Notes: generated by a model not told the origin, from the letters alone. DNA of 64,000 nucleotides from an uncultured Chloroflexia bacterium (GCA_963810095.1 CAWEMM010000012.1:690496-754495); one strand, 5' to 3'; shown: positions 44,252-56,597, counted from the first letter of the stretch. A program made the numbers and translations.

Positions 44252-45326
44252 CTACAAGTCCTCGCGCGTGACCCCGCCGATCTCCATCACGAGGTCTGGG
44301 CCGTACGCCTTCGCCGGCGTCTGGAAGCCGGGCGGGGCATCGCCGGCCAGCACGCGGCCGCACGACCTCCAGTGCGGTCAGTGCGGTCAGCGTGTACGCA
44401 TGCGGGGTCCTCATGCGCGAGACGGCCCGGCGCCCCTCCCCATCGCTCACTTCCGCCACCAGCAGCGCGTAGCCCTTCGCCCGGGCCTCCGCGCTGGGAC
44501 CCTCTGGCACCAGATCCATCAGCCGCATCAGCACCCGCTGGCCGAGCGCGCTGTCCGTGACCGGCTTGAGCAGGTCGGCGCTCTTGAGCACGGCTGCGCC
44601 GGCCGGGCCCAGCCCCATGTAGGTCTCAATGTTCGGGATGCCGGTCGAGTAGTAGGCGGTGGCCACGTCGCCCCATGGAATCGTCGTGCACTCGACAGGG
44701 CCCTGTCCGAAGTCGAACGAACGCGACTTGAACCCGGCCGGCACCGGGGTGAGCACGCCCTCCTGGCGGATCATGCCGGGGCGCCCCGCGGTGTCCATGG
44801 TCGACTTCATCGTGCCCCTCGAGAAGCCGCCCTGCTGGGTGAACGCCATCGCAAGGTGGGTGGCCGAGGGGAGTCGCCGGGCTGTGTGCAGCGCCAGGCA
44901 GTCGGAGGGCACCACGTCATAGCCCACACTGGGCAGCAGCATGACGCCGGCCTTCTTCGCCTCCTCGTCCCGCTTCGGCAGCGCCTCCAGCTCGATCATC
45001 TCCCCCGTGATGTCGAGGTAATGCGTGCCGGTGTGCAGGCAGGCCTCGACCATGGGCGGATAAGTGCGCGAGTACGGCCCCGCGCAGTGCAGCACGACCG
45101 GGACGTCGCGCAGGGCCTGGCGCAAGGCACCGCCCGCACCGGGCGCCCCGTCGTCCAGCCCGAAGGCCCGCCACGTCAGCCCCAGCTCGCCCGCCAGCCG
45201 TGACACCTTCTCCCGGTTTCGCCCGGCCAGCACCGGCCGCATGCCCAAATCTACCGCAGTGCGTGCGGTGAGCTGCCCGGTATACCCGGTTGCGCCGTAG
45301 ATGAGAAATGGCTGATCCGCGCTCAT
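44252..45326 (-). CDS. Saccharopine dehydrogenase-like oxidoreductase; frameshifted
   Basis: IYGATGYTG, HCAGPY, HYLDITGE, GYDVVPSDCLA, WGDVATAY. Confidence 0.85.
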
Positions 45327-46760
45327 GGTGACTCCTGCTCCCGCATCATGTGCTCCAACTGGGCGTGCTTCGTCGCGTGCAGCGCCAGCACGTCGGCCTG
45401 CATCTTCTTGAGCGTCCGCCCGCGCAAAGGATACCACACCAACACGATCGCCGCCACGATCATGGCGACGCCGGGGATCAGGCCGATCAGCGTGCGAATG
45501 CCGAACAGCGCGCCCGCCGGCTGGTCAAGATAGAGCCGCCCGCCGTTCGACTCCCGGGTGACGAACCCGCCCAGCTCGAGGATGAACGGCGTCAGCGCGA
45601 GGGCCAGCGACTGTGCGGGCTTGGTGATCAGCGCGTTGATGCCGAAGAAGGAGCCCTCCCGCCGCACTCCCGAACGCAGCTCGTCCTGGTCGGCCACCTG
45701 CCCGAACAGGAGATTGGTGATGGTTTGCGGCCCGGCCAGGCCGAAGCCCGGCCAGCGCGAGGCACGGCAGGATCAACGCGGCGGGCGCGAAGGTGAGCAG
45801 GATCAGCCCGATGCCGGCCAGGAGCAGGAACGCCTGTTGCGTGCCCACAATGCCCAGCCGCCGGGCCACCAGCTGCGTGACGGGTACGCCGATCAGGAGC
45901 GGGACGAACACGGCCGCCAGGGGCACCAGCGCGTTGGTGCGCAGGACGTAGTCGGACAGGTAGAACATCGACCCGAGCAGGAGCGAGTTCATCAGGATCG
46001 CCATGAAGTTGGCCGAGACGAGCACGAGGAAAGCCCGGCTGGTGAACGTGTAGCGGAGGGACGGGCGAAGCGGCAGCGGCTTGTCGACCTGGGTGAACTC
46101 GGGCCGCTCCTTGACGCGGGTGGTGTAGAGCAGCAGCAGCGCCACGCACACGATCGCGACGACCACCATCGAGGCTTGCAGGGGGAGAAACGAGACGCTG
46201 CCGGCCGCGCCTGCGCCCCCCTTGGGGCGGAACAGGTCGGGGATGATGAAGCCGAGCAGCATGCCGACGAGGCCGAGCAACGACGCCGACACCTGGAGCC
46301 GGTGACGCTCGCTGTCGAGCTCGGTCACCTCGGGCAGGAGGGCCGAAACCACCAGGCCCACGATGGTGTAGCAGGTGTCGAACAGCAGCATGGCGCCCAA
46401 CATCCACCAGAATAGCCCCTGCTGCCCCGCACCCTGGGGTGCGACCCACACCAGGATGAAGGTCAGGCCGAGGAAGGGTGCGGTGAAGCGGATGTAGGGG
46501 ATGCGGCGCCCGCGCTTCGATCGTGTGTTGTCGGTGATGTAGCCGAAGAGGGGGTCGTTGATCGCGTTCCAAATCGCATAGATGGCGGACGCAAGCGCGA
46601 TCCAGCGTGCGGCGAGGCCGAGGTAGTCCTGGTAGAAGATGGGGAGCAGCGCGCCGAACGTGCCTGCCACGAGGGACTTGCCCAGCTCGGCCAGGCCCCA
46701 GATGGCGACGTAGCTGCGGCTGAAGCGGGCGGGCTGGGGGACCGTGAGGACCTGCGCCAT
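45323..46760 (-). CDS. MFS GPH-family (MelB-like) transporter; frameshifted
   Basis: WNAINDPLFGYITDNTRSKRGRRIPY, DELRSGVRREG. Confidence 0.9.
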
Positions 46761-46853
46761 GGGCGCCTCCTTGAAAGCCGGCAGTGGAGCCGGCTTGATC
46801 GGATGGCTGCACTGTACACCATGGCGAGACGACGCGCAATGGCGCGCCGATGG

Positions 46854-47038
46854 GTGCGCGTTTCGAAGTGGGGGCAAGGTCAGCGGAGCATCCTGAGCGG
46901 AGTGGAGTGAAACGTAGCGCAGTCGAAGGATGCGGAGCGGCTTTGCGCTGCGAGGGCCGCATCCTTCGACTGCGTTCCGCCCAAACTGCAGGCGGAACTC
47001 CGCTCAGGATGCTTTCGCCCCCAACCTGGAATGCACCC
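46854..47038 (+). mobile_element. MITE family A, copy 4
   Basis: Near-identical to the 16.1 kb copy apart from a different right hairpin loop. Confidence 0.8.
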
Positions 47039-47290
47039 CGGATGGGGGTGCCTCCCGCGCTCTGCCCCCCCATCGCCTCATCCTCGTGTATGGTCTGAAC
47101 CCGGCGTGTGCCGACTGCTGCTAAGCCCAGAAACGGCGCTTGACGCCATTCTTTGTGACTGCTGTCACTGACATCCTCGCTAAAGCGTGCTAAACTGGCG
47201 GTACGGGTCAGGTCAGCGGCGCGGGCCATCCGTGAATTGCCCGAACCCTCCACGCCGGTATGACGAACCCTCTCAGAAAGGAACATCTTA

Positions 47291-49255
47291 ATGTTGCGGC
47301 GAGTCCTCCTGATTGCCCTCGTGCTGCTGCTCTTTCCCATGATGCCGGCCCTGACGCCGGGCGCCCATGCGGCAGCCAGCCTTCCCAGCTACCAGCTTCA
47401 GTATCTCGGCCCGGGCGCGCCGGCGGCGATCAACAACAGTGGCACCGTGGCCGGTGCATTGCTGAGCGGTAACAACTACACGCCGTTGGTCAGCACCGGG
47501 GGCGGGGCCTGGAAGCCGCTGCCGGTTCCGCCCGGCGCGGTCAGCACCTTCCCCAACGACATCAACGACAGCGGCGTGATCGTCGGCGTCTCGTTCGATG
47601 GGGGCTGGATCGCCAGCGCTCTGCGCTGGACACCCTCGGCAGGCGGCTACACGGTCGAGGTGCTGCCCCGGCTTCCGGGCGACACCGCATCGTATGCCAC
47701 CGGCATCAACAACCTCGGCCAGATCGTCGGCGCCCGCAGCACGTTGGGTTATACGCCCACCGGCACCGGTTGGCTCTACACCGACGGGCAGGGTCTCGTC
47801 AGCCTGTCGGCCCAGTACGGGTTATGGGTCGTTCCGTGGGACATCAACGACGCGGGGCTGATCATCGCGGGCGGCGAGCAGCTCAACCTCTCTTCGGGTC
47901 AAGTCACGCCGCTCGCGCCGGGTCCGTCCAACTACTACACCCCCACCGGCCGCTACCTTAATAACAACGGCCAGATCGGCGCCTACGCTTCGACGACCTC
48001 GAGCTCGCTCAACATCGTTTCAGTGTTCCGCTACGATCCCGGCAAGGGCTGGCTGTTCATTGCCGGCTCGAGCAAGTACACGGCGGTCTCGAGCTTGAAT
48101 CTGGGCGGCGACGTCGGCTACGGCGAGCTGGGCGCGGGCCTGTACCTCGAAGGGCAGGGTGCGTACGCGCTGTCCTCGCTCCTCGACCCGGCGGTCGCCG
48201 CGGCCGGCTGGACGATCACGGGCAGCAGTCCGAAGATCAACGACGGCCGGCAGGTGGCCGTCAGCGGCAGCAATTCGTCCACCGGCCAGGCCGGCGGCGT
48301 GCTGCTGACGCCGGTGGGCGCGGTGCAGCCACCGACGGCGCCGGTCAACCTACAGGGCCAAGCGCACCCGGCCACGGGGTCCGAACCGTGGAACGCGATC
48401 AACCTGACGTGGCAGAACACCAGCAGCCTGACCAACTCGTACGAGATGGAGCGCAGGGCAGCCGGCACGACGACCTGGACGCAGCTGACCCTGGCCGTTC
48501 CGCCTTCGCCGTCTAACACGTCGCACGCCGACACCACCGTGGCCGCAGGCGTCACGTATGACTACCGTGTGCGGGCCGTGGGCTTGGCCGGGCCGAGCCC
48601 CTGGTCGAACATCGCCACCGTCACGGCGCCGGCCACGCCGCTCGACACCACCCCGCCCACCGTGACGATTACCGCGCCGGCTAACGGCGCCAAGGTCTCG
48701 GGCACGGTGACGGTCTCGGCGCAAGCCACCGATAATGTCGGCGTCACGTATCTCGAAATCAGCTTCTGGAATCAATACACGGGGCAAGAAGTCATCCTGG
48801 GCTCGGTCGCCAACTCGGGCACCCTCTCCGTGCCCTGGAACACCGCGGGCCTGACCGCGGCGACCTACCAGGTGCACGCGACGGCGAACGACGCGCTCGG
48901 GAACTGGTCGCGGGCCGAGATTTCCGTGAGCGTCGGGTCGGCCGGTGCGGTGCTGCGGGTCACGAGCATCGCGATGAGCGGTTCGGTGCGGGGTAGCACG
49001 GCCAGCATCAGCGGCACTGTCACGGTCAAGGACGGCAGCGGCAAAGCCATCTCCGGTGCGACGGTGGCGGCCCGCTGGAACCTGCCGAACGGCGCTACTC
49101 GCACCGCCAGCGGCACGACCGGCTCGTCGGGCACGGTCAAATTTTCGACCTCGGGCTCGCGGGGCACGTACACCCTGACCGTCACGAACGTGACCAAGTC
49201 GGGCTACACGTTTGATGCTGCGGGGAGCGTGCTTTCGGCCAGCATCACGAAATAA
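47291..49255 (+). CDS. Secreted protein: HAF-like repeats + FN3 + two Ig-like domains
   Basis: Signal peptide; INNSG/INDSG/INNLG repeats; YDYRVRAV..SPWS; DTTPPTVTITAPANGA. Confidence 0.85.
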   Translation: MLRRVLLIALVLLLFPMMPALTPGAHAAASLPSYQLQYLGPGAPAAINNSGTVAGALLSGNNYTPLVSTGGGAWKPLPVPPGAVSTFPNDINDSGVIVGVSFDGGWIASALRWTPSAGGYTVEVLPRLPGDTASYATGINNLGQIVGARSTLGYTPTGTGWLYTDGQGLVSLSAQYGLWVVPWDINDAGLIIAGGEQLNLSSGQVTPLAPGPSNYYTPTGRYLNNNGQIGAYASTTSSSLNIVSVFRYDPGKGWLFIAGSSKYTAVSSLNLGGDVGYGELGAGLYLEGQGAYALSSLLDPAVAAAGWTITGSSPKINDGRQVAVSGSNSSTGQAGGVLLTPVGAVQPPTAPVNLQGQAHPATGSEPWNAINLTWQNTSSLTNSYEMERRAAGTTTWTQLTLAVPPSPSNTSHADTTVAAGVTYDYRVRAVGLAGPSPWSNIATVTAPATPLDTTPPTVTITAPANGAKVSGTVTVSAQATDNVGVTYLEISFWNQYTGQEVILGSVANSGTLSVPWNTAGLTAATYQVHATANDALGNWSRAEISVSVGSAGAVLRVTSIAMSGSVRGSTASISGTVTVKDGSGKAISGATVAARWNLPNGATRTASGTTGSSGTVKFSTSGSRGTYTLTVTNVTKSGYTFDAAGSVLSASITK

Positions 49256-49343
49256 CGCGCCGGAGCGGTGCTCTGGCACTGCAGCGAATCCTTCGGCCCC
49301 GCAGGCCGGCAACCTGACCTGCGGGGCTATTTCAATTCTGTAC

Positions 49344-49375
49344 TGTCGGGGGCGGGCTCGCCCCCGACGCCCCCG
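49344..49375 (-). repeat. Solitary family B unit abutting the IS481 end
   Basis: Reverse complement cgggggcgtcgggggcgagcccgcccccgacag. Confidence 0.8.
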
Positions 49376-49950
49376 TGTATGGGCCGAATACATCGTAGAC
49401 AGGTGTTCGGGGACATCGTAGACACCGGAACACCTTAAAGAATGGTGTCGTCGCAGTAGGGCCTGTGGGTAAGTGGGCAGGCGTGTGGCCTGCCCACTTA
49501 CCCACAGGCTAGACTAAATCCGTTGCCCGGCGGATAGCTGAATTTGGCCAATGCGCTGGGCGCAGAAGTAAACGTCATAGCAGCCGTCCTGGTTCGTGGG
49601 CCGGAGGCCCACCGGGTAGCCGATGAAGGCTTTGCCGATGCGAAACGCGTGGCCGCCGACTTTGATCTGGCCCTTATCTTGCACCCGGCGCACTCGGTCG
49701 CTGGCCGAATACTCGATCGCGGGCAGGCGGGCGGGCCACGGGCGCGGGCTGGGCCGATAGCGGGCCGCCGGCACCTGCATGGCTAGCGCCTCATGCGGGC
49801 GCTGCTCATTATACATCTGCCGCCAGGTATCGAAGGCGGGCTGACAGGCCGGCAGATCGGCGAACGTCTGCCCGCGCAGCAACTCGGCCCGCAACGTGCG
49901 ATGCAACCGCTCGTCCTTGCCTTGCGTCTGCGGATGCTTGGGCCGCCCGT
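49376..49950 (-). mobile_element. IS481-family remnant (right end + transposase C-terminus)
   Basis: HPQTQGKDERLHRTL, YNEQRPHEAL; terminus TGT at 49376 with internal repeat acatcgtagaca x2; hairpin 49462-49509. Confidence 0.8.
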
Positions 49951-51909
49951 GCCGAACAGGTCCTGGTACACGTTCGAGACGGCCCGGCTGTAAAGGTCGA
50001 GGCCGATGTCGCCCGAGAAGGCGCGACTGAAGGGACTGGCGTTCGCCGACGTGGGAGTGATCTCGGCACGCGGCTGGAGTATGCCGTAGCCACGGGTCAC
50101 GCAGCCGGTGGTCGCGTCGAACTCCGCACGGTTGAGCGGGTGTGCGATCGTCGACACCAGCCGCTGGGCTGTGTCGCGAGGTAACACGGTGTCCGCGTCG
50201 AGCGTGATCACGTAGCGGACGTCGCCCAGTTCTGCGAGCGTACCTTCCACCGCGGCGAAGGTGGTGTCAGTCGCGCCGCGCAGCCAGCGGTTCAGTTCGT
50301 GCAGCTTACCGCGCTTGCGCTCCCACGCCATCCAGACGCCTTCGCTCGTGTTCCACAGCCGGGCGCGATACAGGAGATAGAACCGCCGCGCGCCGTCCGC
50401 CGCGTAGCGGGCGTTGAGCGTGCGGATGCCGTCGCGCACCTGCTCGAGCAGCGGCGCGTCCTCGGGCGTCTCCTGCGCGGCGGCATCGGGTGGGTCGGCG
50501 AGCAGCGCGAACGAAAGGTTCGGGTCCAGGTTGCCGAGGTAGTACACCTCGAGCTGCTGGAGCAGCGCGGTCACATCGGTTGCCGACCCGAGCAGCGCGG
50601 GCACGACCACCAGCGTCCGGAAAGGATCGGGGATGCCTTCGTCGAGGTCAAGCTTGGGCAGGCACGCGGGGCGACGCTAGCAAAGTCACCAGCCAGTCCA
50701 CGACGCTCACCGCGACGGTCAGCGCGGGCACGATGCCGAGCACGAGGATCAGGACCTGCTGCGCCGCGCTTGCGCCCCACGCCCGGCCCGACGGCGAGCC
50801 CGGCGAGCAGCAAGAGGGCGGCCAACAGCCAGATCGGGCCGAGGTAGAGCGGCGTCGGGTGGCGCCGGGCCGCGTCGGACAGGCGATCACGCAGCCCTGC
50901 CCGGTATCCCACGGCCAACTTCAGCTGGCGCACGCCCGCGTCGATCAGGTAGTAGCCAGCGTGCGCCTGCGGTGGCGCAAGCCAGTCGGGCGGTGGGACG
51001 GCGCTCGCATCTGCATCGGGCGGCCCCGCCCCGCGGCGGGCCAGCGCTACGGCCTCGGCGGCCACGGCCTGCTCGTCGCGGCCGGCGGATGCGGCGAGAT
51101 CCTCGACCGCCTTGCGGTACTGGTCGCGGCGTCGTCCCGGTCCATCCCGCGTAGATCCCGGCCGGGTCCCCGCGCAGGATCGCCTCGACCCGGCTGACCG
51201 CCTCGAAGAAGCGGCGCCAGTCGTGCGTCGCGATCGCACGCAGGCTGATGAAGCAGTTGCCGACAAGCTCGTCGGGGGTTGCCGCGCCGGGCAGCGGCTG
51301 CGCGGGCAGCGCCGGCGGCACCGGGCAGGCCCGTGATCGCGCGCAGCGTGCGGGCGAGCCCGGTCGAGGCTCAGGCGGAGCATGGCGGGCAGCGCCCAAA
51401 GGTCGCCCTTGTCGAGCGGCGCTGCCATCCTGGTAGAACTGGAGGAACTGGCGGCGTAGTCCAGGTCGAGACGGGCCGCGCCGGCGAAACCAGCCGCTGG
51501 CTGATGTCGTAGATGCGGGGGTAGACCGGCCAGCGGACCATCGGCCAGCAGGGGCAGCTGACCGTAGAAGCCGCGCGGCATGTCCTCGCGGATCTCGCGC
51601 ACGGCCTGGTGGGCGAGGTACGAAGTTGTCGAGCAGCCATTCTGCGGCATGGGAGAGCGCCTCCTCGCCCGACGCGGTGCGGTAGTGAACTGTCGCGGCC
51701 GGCAGGAAGTCGCTCAGCCGGTCGAGGCCGGCGAGGAGCCACGGCGACGCGGCGCGACCCCGCCGGATGGTTCCCTCCGAGGCCGCCTCGCGCGGCTGCG
51801 GCCACATCCGGGCGCGGCGTTCGGGGTCTCAGCGGACCTCGGAGGCGGGGCGTTCGGCTGCGATGTCAGGCGGCGCGTCCTGGACGACCTCTTCCTCGGG
51901 TGCGGCCAA
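49947..51909 (-). pseudogene. ndvB: Cyclic beta-1,2-glucan synthase (Cgs/NdvB) N-terminal part, truncated
   Basis: EWLLDNF, WERKRGKLHELN, YVITLDADT, AHPLNR, GYGILQPR, RAVSNVYQDLFG; stops at the IS481 junction. Confidence 0.8.
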
Positions 51910-51912
51910 GCT

Positions 51913-52868
51913 TTACCGCCTCCCCATGCGCTGCAGGGCCAGCTCCGCGTGGGTCGGATGGGCCTGGCTGTGGGGGACATCCTGTATCATCAGCACCGGC
52001 GCAAGCCCGTACGCGAGGAAACTGACCACGGCCGCGCCGTAGGGCCAGGACGATTCGCTGCTGTAGCCATGGGCGGTGAGCACGACGAGGTCAGCGCCCT
52101 CTTGCTCCGCGAGCTGGTGCAGGGCGCCCACGGCCTGGTTCCCCATGATCAGCCGCGTCTCGACGTCGAGATCGGCGAGTCGACCCGGATCTCCTCCAGG
52201 TAGCGCTGCGCCTCGAGCCGGTTGCGCGCGGTGACCCGGTCAAGCAGCTCGATGTCCTCCCCGGTGGGCGGCGTACGCCGGGCAGCTCGGGCCGCGGGAC
52301 CACGTGGGCCAGGAGGACGTGACTGTCATGCGCGCGGCCGAGATCGGCGACCAGGCGGAGCGCGCTCTCCGCACGCATTGAACCGTCGAGAGGCACAAGC
52401 AGCCGCTCGTACCGCAGGCCGGTGAGGTCGGGCGGGACGGGCTGGTACGCGCGCACGACCATGACGTTGGTGTACACGGCCAGGACCACTTTCTGCACGA
52501 CGCTGCTCATGTTCCAGCCGGTGAGGCCGCTCTGACCATGGCTGCTCATGATCACCAGGTCCGCGCCGTTCTCGTGCGCGTACTTGACGATCTGCTCCGC
52601 GCCTTCCCGTCGACGACCTGGCTCTGGACGCTCAGGCCCGCGGCCTCGAGCCGCTCCCGGACGCCCTGCAGATAGGTCTCGGCTCGGCCTGCTGGACGCG
52701 CCACTCGAGCGGATCGACGCGGCCCCCGCCACCCCGACCGGCGGGCGAATGCATGGCGTGGAATAGCGTCACCCTGGCGTCCAGGGCGGTGGCGATCGCA
52801 ACGGCATGGGGTAGAACGCATTCGGCCAAGACCGAGCGGTCCAGAGGCAACAGGACGGATTTGAACAT
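51913..52868 (-). CDS. Universal stress protein (tandem USP); frameshifted
   Basis: VLLPLDRS, DLVIMSSHGQSG, LVPLDGS, DLVVLTAHG. Confidence 0.85.
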
Positions 52869-53186
52869 CTCACCTGTTCCTTAACGCGGGGGCGGCCCGG
52901 ATAAGACCGGGTGGCCGGAACTGCGGCAGACTCAATTAGCGTCCAAGACCGCAGCGGTGCGCGTGGCTGCTGAGACGAGCAAACGACGAATGGCAGGGGA
53001 ATGTTCCGAGGATGGCGGAGAGCCGTTCTCGAGCGCGGCGGCTGCTCTCATGCGTGGTGCAAGTGCGTGCGCAGGAAGGCGGCTTGGCCATGTTCATCAT
53101 GTCGGCCATAGTGGTCATCGAATGCAAGGAGACGGAGCGCCAGCCCCCCGCCCTTATTCATCGGGTGAGCGGCCCAGGCGCAAGCC

Positions 53187-54430
53187 TTACAGAGGCCCCG
53201 AGGGTCGCCGGCCCAGCCAAATATCGGCCACCTGCGGTGCGGTGAACGGCGCGTCGAGCAGTGCATCGTCCACATGATAGGCGGGAACAAGTCCGCGATG
53301 TAGCGCATGCGCTGCTGCAAGTTCGACCAATCCGTGCCCGCGGGCTCGGTGGCCCCGGGGGTGATACCCGGCCCGGCGGCGCCCGACGCCGTATCATTGT
53401 CCGCGCCTGCGCCGACCGATTTGAGCAGCGCCAACAATTCGGCCGAGGTCAGCGTGGCAAGGACCTCCGGGAAGCGACCGGGCAGGGCCCGGCCGAGCCA
53501 CAGAACGCGATCGGGCGGCAAAGTGATGGTCATGAGCGCGACCGTGACGACCCGCCGGCCAACCGCCTGCGCTTCCTCGGCCAAGCGGTCGCGGGCAGCC
53601 AGGAAGGGGTCCATGCGTTGCGCGGCCCGGCGCAGCCAGTACCGGATGCGGGAGCGGGGATCTGGGAAAAGCTCGACCACGAGGCGCTTGCGGAGCACTT
53701 TCGGATCGACCACGGGGGCGTTCATCGCCTCGACGATCTCCGGCTGCAGCCGCGTCTGCTCGTGGAACCCGATTTCCAGGTTGGCCAGGAGCAGCAGTTC
53801 GGCCTTCGCTTTCGGGTCCGCGGTGAGGCTGGCGTGGGCGTAGTGTGCGAAGGCCTGGCGGAGATAGCGCTGCCCGCCGGGCGGATCGCCGGGGCGCAGG
53901 CCCTCGAGGAACGCGGCGAGCGCGGCATCGGAAGGCGGCGCCCCGGCGCACAGCGCCAGGAAACGAGCGAACTCGGCGCCGATCTCTGCGAAGACCTTCA
54001 GATTGCCCTGACCTACGGCGTCGCTCGTACGGTCGAATGCGGCCGCCGGGTTGATGGCTGACCACAGGGCGTCGACTGCACCCGCCAAGCTGCGCGGGGC
54101 AGCCCCGTTGATCACGGCGCTCGCGTCGAGCACCGCCGAGGCACTCTCCTCGACCTGGGGGACGTCGCGCAAGAGTCGCTCGAACGCCGCGGACAGGTCC
54201 TCGCGCCGGATGCTTTGGCCGGCCTGCTTCGAGGCCCAGGTCGCGAACGTGCACCAGTTGGCCCCCGGGCCAGTGAACCGGGACATCGCGACCGCGAGCT
54301 CGTGGTAAGCCTGCGTGATCTGGAGATTCCGCACGACTGGGTCGGCGAGCGCCGAGATAGCCCGGACGAGGTCGAGGCTCGGCACTGACACGTCCGCAGG
54401 GCCCTGGTCACTTGCAACGGTAGCCGCCAT
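53187..54430 (-). CDS. Hypothetical protein (DUF2515-like)
   Basis: [41 protein letters not shown]. Confidence 0.55.
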
Positions 54431-54603
54431 GATCACTGATCCTTCGTCTCGACTGCAGACTCGGCGGCGAGCAGGAAGAAGGCGCTCGCCGCCTGCGCAA
54501 GCATTGCATGTCAGTGCAGCAGGGTCAGTGAGCCGAATTCCGGCGCCACCAGGATATTGAACCGGATCGCGGAGCCGTCCACTCGCCCGGTTCCGGGGTG
54601 TGC

Positions 54604-55060
54604 TTATCCAACGGGCGCGGCCGTCACCTGCCGGTGACTCATGCAGCACGAATTGGCTCCACCCTTTCTTCGACCTCGACTCAACGGCCCACCAGAACCC
54701 ACGGCCTTGATTAGCATGTCCGAGGCGGCCGTCGCGAACGCGCGCTTGTTGTAGTCCTGCCCGTAAACGTAGAGCCGCGCCGCCGAGTGGTGCTGCCGCA
54801 GGTAGTTCTGTGCCCCGGCCGGCATCCCGCCCGTCCCGCACGCCGGAGCCAGCAGTTTTCGCACCGTGCCAGGCGTCGCCAGCAGTTCGCCGTCGTTGAT
54901 GAAAAGGATGCTCACCATTAGCCGGATTACTTCACGCGGGGTGAAGTGGTCGCCCGCCGTCTCGTTCGCCAGCTCGTTGAACCGCCGGATCAGGTCCGCC
55001 AGCACGCAGTCGAAGCGGCGCAGCACGGTCATCGGCAGCATGACGCGCTCGTACTGCCGG
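54604..55060 (-). pseudogene. hsdM: Type I HsdM remnant, internally deleted
   Basis: LPMTVLRRFDCVL joined directly to LIRRFNE..AGDHFTPREVI; degenerate APACGTGG; no NPPF region. Confidence 0.8.
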
Positions 55061-55208
55061 TAGTGATCCGATTAGTCCGGGAGACGATTTTTGGCCTGAG
55101 CAGAGTGTCGCGCGACACGGTACCCTCCCTGTAGAGAGTAACTGTGCCTGCAATGAGAGGAAAAACCGGGAGAAAACACGGCTAGATGGTAATCTAGCCT
55201 ACAAAACA

Positions 55209-55280
55209 AGCGGGTAACGGGATTCGAACCCGTGACATTCTGCTTGGAAGGCAGACGCTCTACCCCTGAGCTACACCCGC
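55209..55280 (-). tRNA. tRNA-Gly(TCC), CCA not encoded
   Basis: gcgggtgtagctcaggggtagagcg tctgc cttccaa gcaga atgtcacgg gttcgaatc ccgttacccgct folds as a cloverleaf. Confidence 0.95.
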
Positions 55281-55371
55281 ATGTCTTACCACAACATCTA
55301 GGGTCTCCGCCAGACGTCACCCACTACATATAGGCGTCTGGAGCGGCGGACGGATCACCCGAAAACACGTA

Positions 55372-55439
55372 GAGCAGACGCTCACCTTTTGCCTGAGCAG
55401 ACGCTCAACTTCACCGTCTGCCCTCTAGAGTAGACGCTC
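55372..55439. repeat. Three GAGYAGACGCTC mini-palindromes upstream of the tRNA
   Basis: Copies start at 55372, 55395 and 55428. Confidence 0.7.
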
Positions 55440-55500
55440 TCTACGCCTCCAAGTGTACCCCACGCCTGCCCTACCGTCAAGTTCGCCGACAGTCGGCGGG

Positions 55501-56517
55501 TTAGTGCGCCAGCGAAACGAGCATGTCGGTGTACCCGTCCGCCTGCGCCCTTTCGAGCACGGTTTGCAACCGGGAGGGAGTGGCGGCGTAGATTTTGCGT
55601 TCGTCGCCGGGATCGTCGTCGTCGGCGGGCGGGCGGGCTGCGTACACGAACGCGCCGACAACGGGCGATCCGTGCTCGACGAGCACCTTTGCGTCGGGCG
55701 GGATGGTCTGGAGCAAGGCGATTAGTTCTGCGGCTGTCATCGGAGTCCTCCCTCTGTCTCGACCGCCGGATCAGGTTCGTTGTCCGGCTCAATCTCTCCG
55801 CACCACGGACGGGGAGGCGCACCCATCGGGTAGGCCGACTTGCAGACCCACGGCGGGCAGTCGACGGTCAGTTGCAGCGTGCCCCGGTCTCCCCAGTGGG
55901 AGAAGAAGAAGTCCAGGTTGGCGATGCACGACTCGACCATGTGTACCGCCCCGTCGACCCGCTCGACCTTGAACACGGCGGGCACTTCGCCCGCCCCGGT
56001 GTCGAGCTTGATCAGCGTATCGGCGGGCAAGCGGGCGAGCAGGACCGTCAATTCGCCTACTGTGACGAACTGGTTCTCGCCGGGATTCGGCGTCATTGTC
56101 ATCGGAGACCTCCAGAGAGAGGGAGGGATTGCTCCCCTCCCGGCGGGATTGGCGGCGGAAGAAGAAGTCGACCAGCCGAACGTACCACGGGCGGCGCATC
56201 CGGCGGAGGATGTCAGCCAACTCGACGGGCGGGTTGAACATGGTGTACTCCTGCCATGCTTCGTCGGCCATCTCGTTTGCGACGACGGTCAGCCACTCCG
56301 GGTCGTCCAGATCGGCGGCACAGTCGACGGCGACCTTGAGAACGTCAGCGTAACCTTCCGGCGTCCAGCCGTTGATCACTGCGAACACGTTCTGCTTGTC
56401 GTTCTCCGTCCAGTTGCCAGTGATCAAGTCCGGGCAGTTGCACGGGAACCGGACGTCGTTCCGGGCATTAGCTGCCTGCACCAGCCTGAACTTCTCCTCT
56501 ACCCACTTTTCGTCCAA
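55501..56517 (-). CDS. Operon of 2-3 small hypothetical proteins (55501..55740, 55737..56102, ~56100..56517)
   Basis: ggagg SDs and ATGA coupling; TAAELIALLQTIPPDA and TVGELTVLLARLPADT resemble phage small-protein starts. Confidence 0.6.
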
Positions 56518-56568
56518 CGTAAGCCTCCGGCTCTGAAGTTTCGTCGGGAATGTCTCCCGACACTGAAA

Positions 56569-56597
56569 ACTATATCATATACGATATAGCTTGTCAA
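56569..56597 (-). promoter_or_regulatory. Sigma70 promoter with palindromic operator
   Basis: TTGACA-17 bp-TATAGT; inverted repeat ctatatc-N6-gatatag at 56570-56589. Confidence 0.7.

Noticed and set aside
47150-47290. Riboswitch upstream of the secreted protein
   Set aside because: No recognisable aptamer consensus or expression platform
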